Source: Chlorokybus atmophyticus | Lineage: Eukaryota; Plantae; Mesostigma and Chlorokybus algae | DNA: 64,000 bases | Reading direction: 5' to 3' | Assembly (NCBI GenBank): GCA_009103225.1 | Contig: RHPI01003511.1 | Span: forward strand, 1-64,000 | In this document: piece after piece, positions 11,901-23,587 of the stretch | How the letters are laid out: each line of letters begins with the position of its first letter | How positions within the stretch are numbered: the first letter of the stretch is position 1 | The notes under the pieces: generated by a model | Databases searched by the model: none | Seen by the model: only the letters and a program-made list of their open reading frames with translations | Told to the model about the DNA's origin: nothing | Program-made: the position numbers and the translations under genes

Positions 11901-12311
11901 ACCCTGTACTCAATTCGTTTTGGAAAGTAAGCACAGAAGTCAGTTTGCTGTCAGCGATACATGCAGTTGTCGTTATGCACGCACATCTATTCGCTTGGTG
12001 TTATCAACTGGACAAGAACAGCTCATACAAGTGCTTCACCGCCCACGACAACATTGTGACAGTGGCGATCTGCCGACGACGCGGTCGCGCGCAAAGTTTG
12101 TCCCGGCTCCAGACAGGTTGGGTGTGGGTTTGCCGAGCACAAGGGGCTGGTTTAGTCTGGTGCGCAAGGCTGCGGATAAGCATATTTGCGCCGAGGCGGC
12201 GAGCCAAGCCGCGTTCTCCCCCGGCATGATCGTGAACCAGGTTGTCATCACAGCTGGGTACGATGGAGACATCAGAACATTGCCAACGTCGGGCTTCCGC
12301 AGATGCTGTGA
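8990..12311 (+). pseudogene. WDR44: Plant-type WD repeat protein 44-like pseudogene
   Basis: Plant WDR44 motifs: INDLDTGKFIVDE...KDLQTGQEISLKESEQSLGLSPILQEVERRE, QELKEHTGPVWTVK.S*DGQCLASAGQD, GLRNVASQIRASFS, ISGREDEHCYIW, VITAGYDGDIRT. Lesions: TGA 9984-9986; frameshift plus TAA 10764-10766; TAA 11509-11511; TGA 11692-11694; frameshift near 12280. Confidence 0.85.
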
Positions 12312-15300
12312 CAGTGGCATGCCTGCCTTCCAGTGTTGACAACATATCACCGTTACATGTGGTTCTGTTGAGACGCGTGCGGAGTCGTGCATATGTAGCA
12401 AGGATCACGCGTGTGGCTGGTTTTCATACAGGAACACGGTGTGGATGGGCGAGTAGAGTATGTGTGCTTAGCGGGGTTTTTTACACATTGGCGCAGATAG
12501 TTTGGGTTGGTCCGTAACAATTGTAAATTTGCGGCATCCTGACACCCTGCGGAAAAGCTGCCTTTTTATGCAGATATCTATCACCCTCATAATAGGCATG
12601 CCGGTTGCCCTTCTGCTTGGCTGATTACATCATGCATACATCACAGTGGAGACATGTCGTCTCTCTTGCATCAACACATAATACATGGCTGCAATGCTGA
12701 TCAGTTTTGTGGTTGTTCTGCCCATGCCAGTTTCCTGACCTGGTGTGGACTGCGTATGAGACAACATGCTAGTGATGTTGTACCGCTGGCCGGTGGTATC
12801 GGTGATCGCGTTGTGGTACAATAGAGATGGACATTTCGCTGTATCTGACTCAGTTTGGGCAATGCAAGGAGAAATTGAGTGTTGACTGGTCAGCCACTTC
12901 GACAGGAGGTGCACTAGGAGACATCCACTCTCTCTATCGCCAGTGTGTTGCTTATGCTTTGCAAAGTGCGCATATGTCAGCTCTGTAGCGCAAGCACAGT
13001 GCGCCAGCTGTAGACGCCCTGCCTGGCTGGCAGGTTCTGCAAATGACACGGCCTACCACTGTCTCGCTAACGCGTTGCGGCAGCCTCAAGTCCATCAAGG
13101 AATCTCTCAAGCTAGCAGTGTAGGCAATGGTCATAACCGGCTCCATCAACATACTGAGTTGTGATTTCATAATAAATTGTATAGCATAAGGCTGCGTTTA
13201 ATCAACAATGTTAGTATATATTCAGCAACATGTACATAGTGGCTTCTTTGTGAGTCATATAAGTCTGTCAGTCTGTGCGTGGTCCTATTGTTGTTGTTGT
13301 TGCGTCTGTACACATTGGACTTAGCTACTAGCATTGCACATAGCTACATAGTATACAGCACGCTGCACGGAGGACACCATGTCACAGACGGACTGGAATG
13401 CCTTGCAGCGGCAAACCTTGCGGGCGCATTATAAACTCTAGCTATCGATCATCATCAACCGGGAGAAGGTGCAAAGTTTCATGCCGAATTGCATTGAGCC
13501 ATATACGTGAAAGGGGTATTATCTATGCCATATATTCTCTCTCTGCTGCTGCGCGCTAAGTCATACCAACGACTGTACGTGTTGGTGGCAAGGCTCGTCC
13601 TCGCAGTTGAGGTAAGTGAGATAAGAAGGTAACAACATGTACGTGGGGTTGCGCGATGTGACAGGAGCAGACAATCTGTCCCCCAATGTTCTATGTCAAG
13701 CATAAGCTTGGCTTGTACATTGGCATGATATTTTCATCATCACCATCAACCTTAATAGTTTGCCACCTGTGCTGATTAACTGCCTGTATAGCTAAATGCC
13801 TAAGTAACTGCCCAAAGTTGCCTTGTTGATAAGTTGGTTGTTTGAACACGCGAGAGCCATTGCGTTAGATTCAATCGTCTGCAGCCCATTGCACTGCAGC
13901 GTTAGCGCTGGGTTCTAGTAGCAGCATCACAGACCACCTGCGGCTCCATAGCGGCCCTAAAACACATTCAGCACAGCACAGCATTGCATCCTCACGCTCA
14001 CACGCCCCATTGCCTTCTGCCCTACTGTTGCTGCTATACGCGTTGCCTACCTCACCTAACCCAAGAGCTGCTTGCCACATGTTGGTTGGTTGTTGCTACC
14101 TACCGCAACCCTACGTCTTCCCCACTTACACGCACTTAGGCAGTGCACATAGCTGTAGTCTTGCATTGCCCTGCTATAATAAAGTTTTTGCTATGATGTG
14201 CTTGTGCTTGCCTTGTGCGCTTAGTTAGCCTTTTCTATTGCTATTCCTTTACATCTGAACTATAGTTAAGCCCCGCTATGTATAGGCTTGCACACACCAG
14301 TAGACATACCGATGCATATGCGCTTGGGCTCAATTCCCTACGGAACTGCCACCGGCCTTGCTCTGCGAATAATGGTTTCTCAAGTTAATAAATGTACTCA
14401 GCATTAAGGCTAGGCTAATTAATTGGTTGTGCGTTGGTGCTTGTACAATACTCACTAGCATACCGTATAGTGTACAATTGATTAACGCCGCCGCAACGGC
14501 GGCAGCTTTAATATAACCATCAATTACAACGTGCATATATAGTATTCAAATAGGATATGTATATATATGCATATCTATTCATCTGTATATATTCATATAA
14601 TTGCAACGTGCATTGGTAATACTCAATTATAATACATATATATCCAGACATACATACACTTTATGTCTGGTCCATTTGCTGGTGCCGTGGGTTTTGATGT
14701 TGTTAGTGTGGTGGTGTGGTTGGTGTGGTGGTTGTTGTTGCTGTGGTATTATGTGAGGACCTGTGGCTAGGTGCTGGTGTTGACTGATGCTAATTGTGTG
14801 CTAAGGGCTGCATCATTGAGTGCGTGGACTCATTTGTGAGCCGAATCCATCACAGTGTTTGTGCACTTAATGCCTGCGAGAGCTATATGTGCAGAAGGAC
14901 TGCAGGCGTTTTGCTATGGATCCAACCCTATCACTACAGTGGCGGCGCTGTTGGCCGCTCACAACACAGCACTGCACAACCATTCCCACCCCACCTCGCC
15001 TTGACTTGCTGCTGTGGCTGTGCCCTGCTGCGGCCTGCTTCGCCTGCTGAGGAAGACATCTCTCCTGACCCTAGCCTTTTTGTTCAGGTCGCTTGTGCTA
15101 CTTGCTGCCGTGTGCGTTGCCCGGCCTCGCCTACCCGCCCTGCATTGCACATAGGTTGCAAGCACATAGCAAGATAATAGCCCCAGCCTATTGTAATTGT
15201 AACATGCTGGTGTTGATGCTTGCGTATGCTTGCTGTGTGCAGTGTGCTCTCCCATGCAACAGACCTCGAGGAATGCCTATACACACCACCAATGCAATCT

Positions 15301-15326
15301 CAACTATACTGCGTACACACACACAG

Positions 15327-15328
<2 letters not shown>

Positions 15329-15390
<62 letters not shown>

Positions 15391-15720
15391 GTGTATGTAT
15401 GTATACATATATGTATGTATATATATACATTATATATTGCTTATTCATACATAGTATGTATATATACACATACGTATATATATATATATATGTGTGTACG
15501 TAAGGTATATTTTAATCATCTAAATTATACTTATACGTATATCTGCATATAGTGCAATGTATGCATGCATGTTTGATCAGCATATACATATATATATATA
15601 TATAGTGCAATGTATGCATGCATGTTTGATCAGCATATACACACATATATATATATATATACATGCACGCGCACATGCACGCGCACATGCATATGTCTAT
15701 CAGCATATCCGCATATATAT
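15329..15720. repeat. (AT)n/(GT)n microsatellite-rich low-complexity tract
   Basis: Long atatat and gtgtgt runs and duplicated tgcaatgtatgcatgcatgtttgatcagcatatac blocks. Confidence 0.85.
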
Positions 15721-16163
15721 GCCAGTATGTATGCGGCATAGCCATCTTATCCTGTTACTGGCGTTATATAGCCTACGTTGACACAACTTGTGCTGGCGCT
15801 ACGCCGACGTGAAGCTCGAGGGTCCGGTGGTCTCCGATCCTCGTGGCGGGCGGGCGAGGGGGTTCCCTGGGCGATTTCGAACTGTACAAAATGAACGCGT
15901 GGGTTCCGGTCCGTCATTGTCCCTTGTCGGTTCGCAGCAAGTCCAGCTCGGACGGTGCGGGCGCGATCACACCACCGCGAGAGCATGCCCTTGGCTCGGC
16001 GGGCGGCGACCCATGAGGAGGACGACGACGCAGCAGAGGAAGAGACGAAGGTGACTGACTTGACGACACAACCTGCCTAGTGGATGTATACATAGGCTTA
16101 GTAGTCAGTAGGCCTAGTAGTGCTTTCGATGGACCGTGCTGTATGAGAAGGGAGGTGAAGGCC

Positions 16164-19100
16164 ATGCGGCCGCCGCCGCCGCCGCCGCCGCCGCCCTGGT
16201 GGGTGGTGGCGTTGCTCTTGGTGTCGCTGTCGCTGTCGGGGTCGGGGCGAGGGGGTGTTGGCGTCGGGAGGGCGGCGGCGGCGGCGCACGGGGGGAAGGT
16301 CGCAGGCCTCGGCCGCGTACAACTTCTGCTGCACTACGACGACGAGGATGGCCACGTGTTTGGCGACGAGCATATGCGGCGTGCACCTGAGCTGGTGCCA
16401 ACACTGAAGGTAAATGGTGAAATTTCGCTTGCGTGCTTGGCTAATGCTGGATGGTAAAACGGCGCAAACGGTCTGTGTCCATGCCAATGGCACGGTGGCA
16501 GTATCACCACCAACCACCAACGGCAACTGGCATATCTACGTTGTTGAAACCATGCAGCACTACTGTTTGTTTTTTTCTGTTTCCGTGATGGTACTGCAGT
16601 TGTTACCCTTGGTCGTAGCATAGCAGCTCACAACCCAGTGTCGAGTCCAACTTGGCATACACTATCACATTTATACTTTCCCGACAAGCATAAGTGCATG
16701 CACGGATATGCACATGCACTGTGTGCTTGGAAAAGAAGATCCGATAGTCACAGATCTTGAGACAAAACAGAATAAGCTCACTCGGATCCTTTCATGCTTT
16801 CCCAGCAACAGCGAGGCATGCACACCAGCGCACCCACCCATGCGCACTCGCCTGGGCACACTCACGCACGGGCATGCACACGCGTTGCCATCTGAAATAG
16901 CCTCAGTTGGGACGATACACAATGCCGTAATGCATGTGCGCGAGTGTACATACCCACACTCTTCCATCAGGCCCGCTACCACCACCACCACCACCACCAC
17001 CACCGCCTCTCCTCTTCCTCTCTGATCACCTTCAACGCCCTCGCGCACCCCGGCCAGGCGGCCCTCCTCGTCGAGCATCTGCGCAGGGAGCTAGGCGCGG
17101 TGGCCGTGTCGGGAGATGGGGGAGATCACCTCAGCTTCAGTTTGCCGCGAGAGCGCGTGGCAGACCTGCACCACGCCCCCGCACTGCGCTTTGCTGTGGC
17201 CAGCAGTGGACCGCGCACCAACGCAGGCAGAGCCCAGTCACAGGTGAGTGTAGCTTTGGTGGTGTTGTCACAGTATCACAACGGTGTGTCTGTTTCAATA
17301 GAACGGCGCACACGCACGCGCGCGCTGTGTTGTGCAGGGAGACAGAGCCATGCAGTCCGGCGCGCTGAGGTTGAGCGTCCCCGGGTTGAACGGGACGGGC
17401 GTGAAGGTCGGCATCCTCTCGGACTCGTACAACGTCCTCCACGGAGCCGCTGCTGATATTGGTCAGTGGCATGTGTGTGCATCCTCTCCAGCTGATAACC
17501 CGGCACAACTACTTCCAGAAAGCAGTTGCCACTGTAACCACGTGTTGTTGTGTTGGGGCGCAGCGTCCGGCGATCTGCCTCGCTCCGTCACGTTGCTTAA
17601 GGAGAGCGACATGCCCGGAGACTCCGACGCCGGCCGCGCAATGATGCAACTGGTATGGTGTTCATGTTGTCAATAATAATGATGTTGTTAATGGTACTGA
17701 TTATGATACGTTTTGAAGGTGTATGATGTTGCGCCTGGCGCATCGTTGTATTTTTACACTGCCAATGGGGGCAAGGCCGCTTTTGCTAACGGCATCAGAG
17801 CGCTCGCAAACGCCGGCTGCTCCATCATCGTGGACAACGTGAGTGGCTGTCAATTGCTGTCTCCAGGCACGTGTGTGAGAAAGTTGACCCCAACACATAT
17901 TCCTCGTGTGCAGATTCTGTACCCGGATGAGGCGTTCTTCCAGGATGATGTCATTGCACAGGTGTGTTTCAATGCGCGTTTCGATGCGTGTTTGTTCACT
18001 TGAAAGCTTTGCTCAAACACACTTAGTCATGTGTACATACAGATCCATACACGTATCAGTGCATTGTGCAAACATGAGGTAGGCTGTAGATGAGGTGAAG
18101 GTCAAGAACAATGTGGTGTACATTGCAAGTGCGGGAAACTTGGCGCGGGAGTCATGGGAAACAGGTTGGTAGTTACAAAGTGTGAGTTCTCTCCAGATTT
18201 TGTTTTGCTTGCTCGACTTGCTGGTAAGAGTTATATTGCCATAGGAGGACCTTCCTCCACAAGGTTGCGTGTCACAACGAGTCATGTGACTGTATATGTC
18301 TTGGTTTTGTTTCAGTCTCTTGGGGTGAAGACCGGAAAGGGTATTATGTGTTTAACCGCACCGGCGGTCAAGAATACCAGCGCTTTCGCGTGGCGGCCCG
18401 CGACGCCGTTGAGATCATCTTGCAGGTGAGCGCGCGAAGTTGTGGTTTGGGAATGCGTACGCTCTCCCTCTACTCCCTTTGTGTGCTGACGCATGTTGGG
18501 TGTGTGTTGTTGTGCAGTGGGACCAGCCGTGGAACAACTCGCAGGTCGACCTCGACATCTTTGCTTATGACGGAGACCCAAGCACCTCACCCAAGGCGTA
18601 CGACTATGACATTACCAACAACATCGGCGGGCAACCCCTTGCCGTACGTGTGCACGAATGAGCGTGTATCATGAACACACAAACACGCTTCCAATTGCAC
18701 TTCACACATTCCTCACAGACGCTGTATGTGGACAACCTGGATGCCAGTACGGACCTCATCTTCTACCTCGCCATCAACAGGTAGGTGAGTCCCCCCATCA
18801 GCAAGCCAGTCACACATGCCCGATCGTCGTACCATCATCGTGCGCACAGGTACTCGGGGCCCGCGCCTGGGCGTGTGAAGTACGTGTGGTTGTCGCGGAG
18901 GTCCGGCTCGGACACGGGTCCCGTGGAGTTCACAACCGACAGCGCCACCATATACGGCCACGCCAACACCGCAAGCGCCCTCACTGTGGCCGCTGCATAG
19001 TAAGGCAATCTTGGTTGAGTGCTGGAGCGCAAGAGGCCCATGCGAAACAACAAGCAACAACAAGTGTGCTTCTTGCAGTTTCCGCAGCACGCCTCCGTAT

Positions 19101-21234
19101 GGCGTGTCTCCGGCTAAACGCCAGCCGTACTCTTCTGTGGGAGGGACGCCCATACTGTTCGACCCGTCAGGGGTGAGACAAACAACAACAGCCATGCATG
19201 GATGCACACACACCTGCACAGTTGTACATATGCTTGCACACGAGCAGGCAGGCTTGCACACATATCCACGCACACATCTTCATGTGTTGCGCAGTCGTGT
19301 GAACAGTTGTTGTGGCTTGCCTACAACATTGAGACGCATCTTACTCGCTTGGCAGAGCCGTTTGTCGGCGCCAACTTTTAGGCAGCAGCCTCAAATCACC
19401 GGGCCGGGTGAGAGCCCAACTATCAGTGTGGACTGATGGTTTGAGTAACTGAGATGGCGCGCTCTGCTCAACTGTGCTCATTGCACAGATGGTGTGGACA
19501 ATACATTCTACGGTAGGGACACCGACGGCAACGGACTACCCAACTTTTTTGGCACCTCTGCCGCAGGTGAGGGTCATTGCAAAATGATAAAAGAAACATA
19601 ATGATGATCATCGTCGTTGTTGTACTCGTCATCAGTGTGTTGGTTGTTGTGTACGTGTGCAGCGCCGCACGTGGCTGCGGTGGCAGCATTGCTGAGGCAG
19701 GGAAGGACTTCACCACCAGCAGACAAGCTGTATTCGGCGCTGAGACTGACCGCAGACGACATGGACAACGAGTATACGCCTCGCTTCGACGTCGGCTTCG
19801 ACCCCGCCACGGGCTACGGCTTCATCAACGCCCCCGCCGCCTACGTGGCCACGCGCTGCCGCACCGCGTGCGGGAGAACACACCTCCCGTGGCCGTTCCA
19901 CCTCGACCCGGGTTGTGGACCCGATGCCTTCACACTCGGGTGCTACTCCACCTCCGCCACGCCTGTTGTTGGGATATCGGCGGGGACGTTTCCCGTCACG
20001 GGGTTCTATGATGGTTACGTACTCGTGCCGAGCGCCGCCACGAGTCAACTCACAGCGTATGCGTGTCCCGAGGGTGTAAAGGCGAGGACGTTGTCGACGG
20101 TGGGGTCAGCCTTCTCCATCAGCAGCCAGAATGTGGTCATGGCTTATGGCGTCAACCGCAAGCAGGCGACAGGTAAGCAGTGGTTGTTGTTAATGTAGTT
20201 GTCGCTTGCATGTGCGTGACACAATTATGTGCACGACGTGTAGTTACGATGAACACGTACGGGGCGGACGGGAAGTTGTACGTTACAAAGTCATGCACGA
20301 CATCCACATCCTCATCCTCATCACTGGCATACTGCAACGGTACTTCATGCTGTGCTGTGAGCACGGGCCCACGCAACCCCGCGCGCGTGTCCTTCACAAC
20401 CAACGGGCCCTGCACAGGAGGTAAGACTCAGCACAGTGCAAACCTCACGCACACTTACTCACTCACTCACTCACACCATCTCCATCACAGCCAATATCCT
20501 TTACCCTCCCGCCGTTGCCACGTATCGCGTCACGCCTCGCAACGCTAAGGACAACTACTTCCTCCGCCTCGACTTCAGCGCACCGCCGCGGCCGCTCGGG
20601 ACCCAAGGTTGCCCCGTGTCCGTGTGGGGGTCGAGCACGTACTCCTGTCGGTGGCCGAGCGTGATGCGGCCTTACACGCGTGTGAGAGATGCCCTCGTAG
20701 GGAATGCCAACAACAAGGCGCTTGTCGATGAGAAGTACCCGCAAACGCTGACTATGCAGCAGGCGCTCGTGTACGCAGGCACCAACCAGGTGTGTGACAC
20801 ACACCCATGCGCACATGCATGCACACATTGGCACACACGACATACATGGGCACGCGCACATGAGGCATGGTGTCTGCGTGCACTCATGTTGCTTGCGTTG
20901 TACAGTACTACTTGCTGGCGGCGCAAGCTGCGGCGGCACTGCTCAACGCATACCAAGTGCGGTACAGCATCGCCGTGTCTACCGTGCAGTACAGGTTCGC
21001 GGCGTCCCTCAGCTCCTCGGGAAACCGTAAGTTGCAACTGTAATGTTGGGTGATACGTGCCGGTGGTGTACTTGGCGTGTGGCTGCTTGCAGCACTGGAC
21101 AAGCATTGTGTTGGGGTAGTGCTGACACCTCAGGGTACTGATGTTTGTGTGCGATGGCAGCCACGGGACAAGCAGCACAGTTTGCGGCGTATAACAGTAA
21201 CCGATGGTGCCCTGTGAGTCCTTGCCCGGCTTGA
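16164..21234 (+). CDS. Secreted bacterial-type S8 subtilase-family protein with long C-terminal extension, multi-exon
   Basis: Signal-like [26 protein letters not shown] (Asp, 17422), [42 protein letters not shown] (oxyanion Asn), [42 protein letters not shown] (Ser, about 19557), [14 protein letters not shown]-terminus [13 protein letters not shown]...[10 protein letters not shown]. Exons join with GT-AG sites; some internal exon limits were not fully resolved. Confidence 0.85.
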
Positions 21235-22784
21235 CGGACCTCTAGTGGTCGTGGTGAAATGCTCACACTGTAGATCTGATAAGGATATTGAACACTAGTT
21301 ACCCATGATGTCACGTTGCTGTGCGTAAGCGCCAATAGTCTTTATGATTTGCAATAGTAAAACGTTGCACCAATGAACAACCAAACGTGAGCAAGAGCTG
21401 CAGTTTTTTACTGACTAGTGGTAATACATAGTGACACTGTTTGCAATGATGAGCACATATGTACTGCTACATGCATGATGAGCACAGTGTGTGCAATTGC
21501 TGTAATCACCTTGCAGTGCATCTTTTCCGCTCATATGTTGATCGCATTACGTCTTACCAATGTATCAAGCGGCACTTTCATGTTTCATCAATAACATTAA
21601 CCCGCTTGCTGTCGTATTATCGACTGTGATAAATATATATGATGCTCATAGCAATGCTCACATACCGTATGCGACCATTGACATTGTATGCATACCATAT
21701 CATAACTCACTTTGATTAATGACCATACACCACGTGTGCAAAACATGCATGCGTATATAGTACTATAAATACGTCCTATTTCATAATGCATTCATACAAT
21801 ATAGCGTGTAACTCACTTTACAAATCAGTGACGAGGGTGTATAAGAGCAACACAGTTGTTGGAACAATTCATAACACATGTCATATTCAATGCTAATTGT
21901 TGCTTTTAAAACGTGATACTTGTATCGATGTGTAACGGTATGCAACAAACAAATGAATGTTTTTGTTTATAATGTTTAAAATTTGATTACGTATAAGGCG
22001 CTCAGTTGTTCGCATATAATGAATGTAAGTATGTAAATGATGTTTTAACAATTACGTACACACAACGTCTTTCACATAAGCTATTGTGACGGCTATCGTG
22101 TTGATAACTTGAAACCCCCCGCATGAAATGATATGCGGTCTTTGCTTATATCTTATACATCAAAGTAAATCATTGTATATGAGGTATACAATTGCGCATG
22201 CAAGTTATGAAATTGATTACTGCAATAACTTCATTCGTGACGGCATATCTTCTCCATGTCAGTCATGATATCAAGCGATCCATGACCGCACATGACGCAT
22301 GGTACAATGCTGAAGAGTGCAAGGGTGTGGGTGCGACACAAGTAAGCAAACACGAACAAAACAAATCACATTAATTTATGACCTTTAATAAAAAAATAGA
22401 TAGTCTCTAAGAAGCGCGAGCTACATTAAAGCAAACTTCAACAACATTAAACTAATGATGAATGAAACGCATATCGTGAGGCAGGTTGAGGTAGGCTCGC
22501 ATGGCGTTAAACAACGACCACCTATGCAACGAAGGCTTCGTATAAGTACCCCTTGCAATATTCATGATACATGTAAGCAAAGTTGTATAAAAAGCAGTAC
22601 AATTTTTTACCAGCCCACCATCCTTCGGTCATCATCCGTTCATTCACACATCCATGTTTAGCATACCAGGCAGGTATGCTTAATGTCAGATACATGCTGA
22701 TCGTCTAGGCGTGATGAAACAACTTCCGTTCGCGTAATGAACCTTTCATCATGAAAGCCAAGAGCCCCCCCCCCCCCCCCCCCC

Positions 22785-23036
22785 NNNNNNNNNNNNNNNN
22801 NNNNNNNNNNNNNNNNNNNNNNNNNNNNNNNNNNNNNNNNNNNNNNNNNNNNNNNNNNNNNNNNNNNNNNNNNNNNNNNNNNNNNNNNNNNNNNNNNNNN
22901 NNNNNNNNNNNNNNNNNNNNNNNNNNNNNNNNNNNNNNNNNNNNNNNNNNNNNNNNNNNNNNNNNNNNNNNNNNNNNNNNNNNNNNNNNNNNNNNNNNNN
23001 NNNNNNNNNNNNNNNNNNNNNNNNNNNNNNNNNNNN
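22785..23036. other. Assembly gap flanked by poly-C
   Basis: Run of N between C homopolymers. Confidence 0.99.
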
Positions 23037-23587
23037 ACCCCCCCCCCCCCCCCCCGTCCGTGCCCGAGGTACCAGTAGTCTACATTTCGCATTGGCGATG
23101 GGTGCTAAAACAAAAGGCACCCTCGTTGGTAGGGACGTAGGCTTATGATGGCGTGTGGCTCGTTCCACATGGACAGAAGCCGTCACGCCTGGACCACAAA
23201 GACCACTCACACATTGTATTTATATGTGGACTACGTTGAATAGTCCACATGTAAAAAGTACAACATGTGTGACATGAGGGCGTGTCTTCAAGTACAACGT
23301 TTTGTAGTGTGCCACCATCTGGTACAAGCCCCGGCCGTACACCGTAGCGTAGGCCGGATTTTGCGTTAGACGGCGCAATTTCAGCCTGAGAGGCTAACAG
23401 TCATGAGCATCGCTAGTAAACTGCTGCCGATTGCCCATTTCGGCGCAAAGCCCGCCGACCCAAGTCCCGTGTCGCGTCGTTTTGCCGCCACGTACGGAAG
23501 CGTCCGCCGCACCCGACCGACGCCAACAACGCGCTCAACGACAAGGACGCGGAGGACAACGGCGGCGGCGGCGGCCACGGTCAGGGC

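Noticed and set aside
13380-13620. Coding-looking stretch ending in a GTAAG donor
   Set aside because: Contains stops and frameshifts and no recognisable family motif.
18998-19003. Apparent TAG TAA stop in the subtilase
   Set aside because: Resolved by the splice TA|gtaagg...cag|T giving Tyr (AAAYFRSTPP), so the gene is not broken here.
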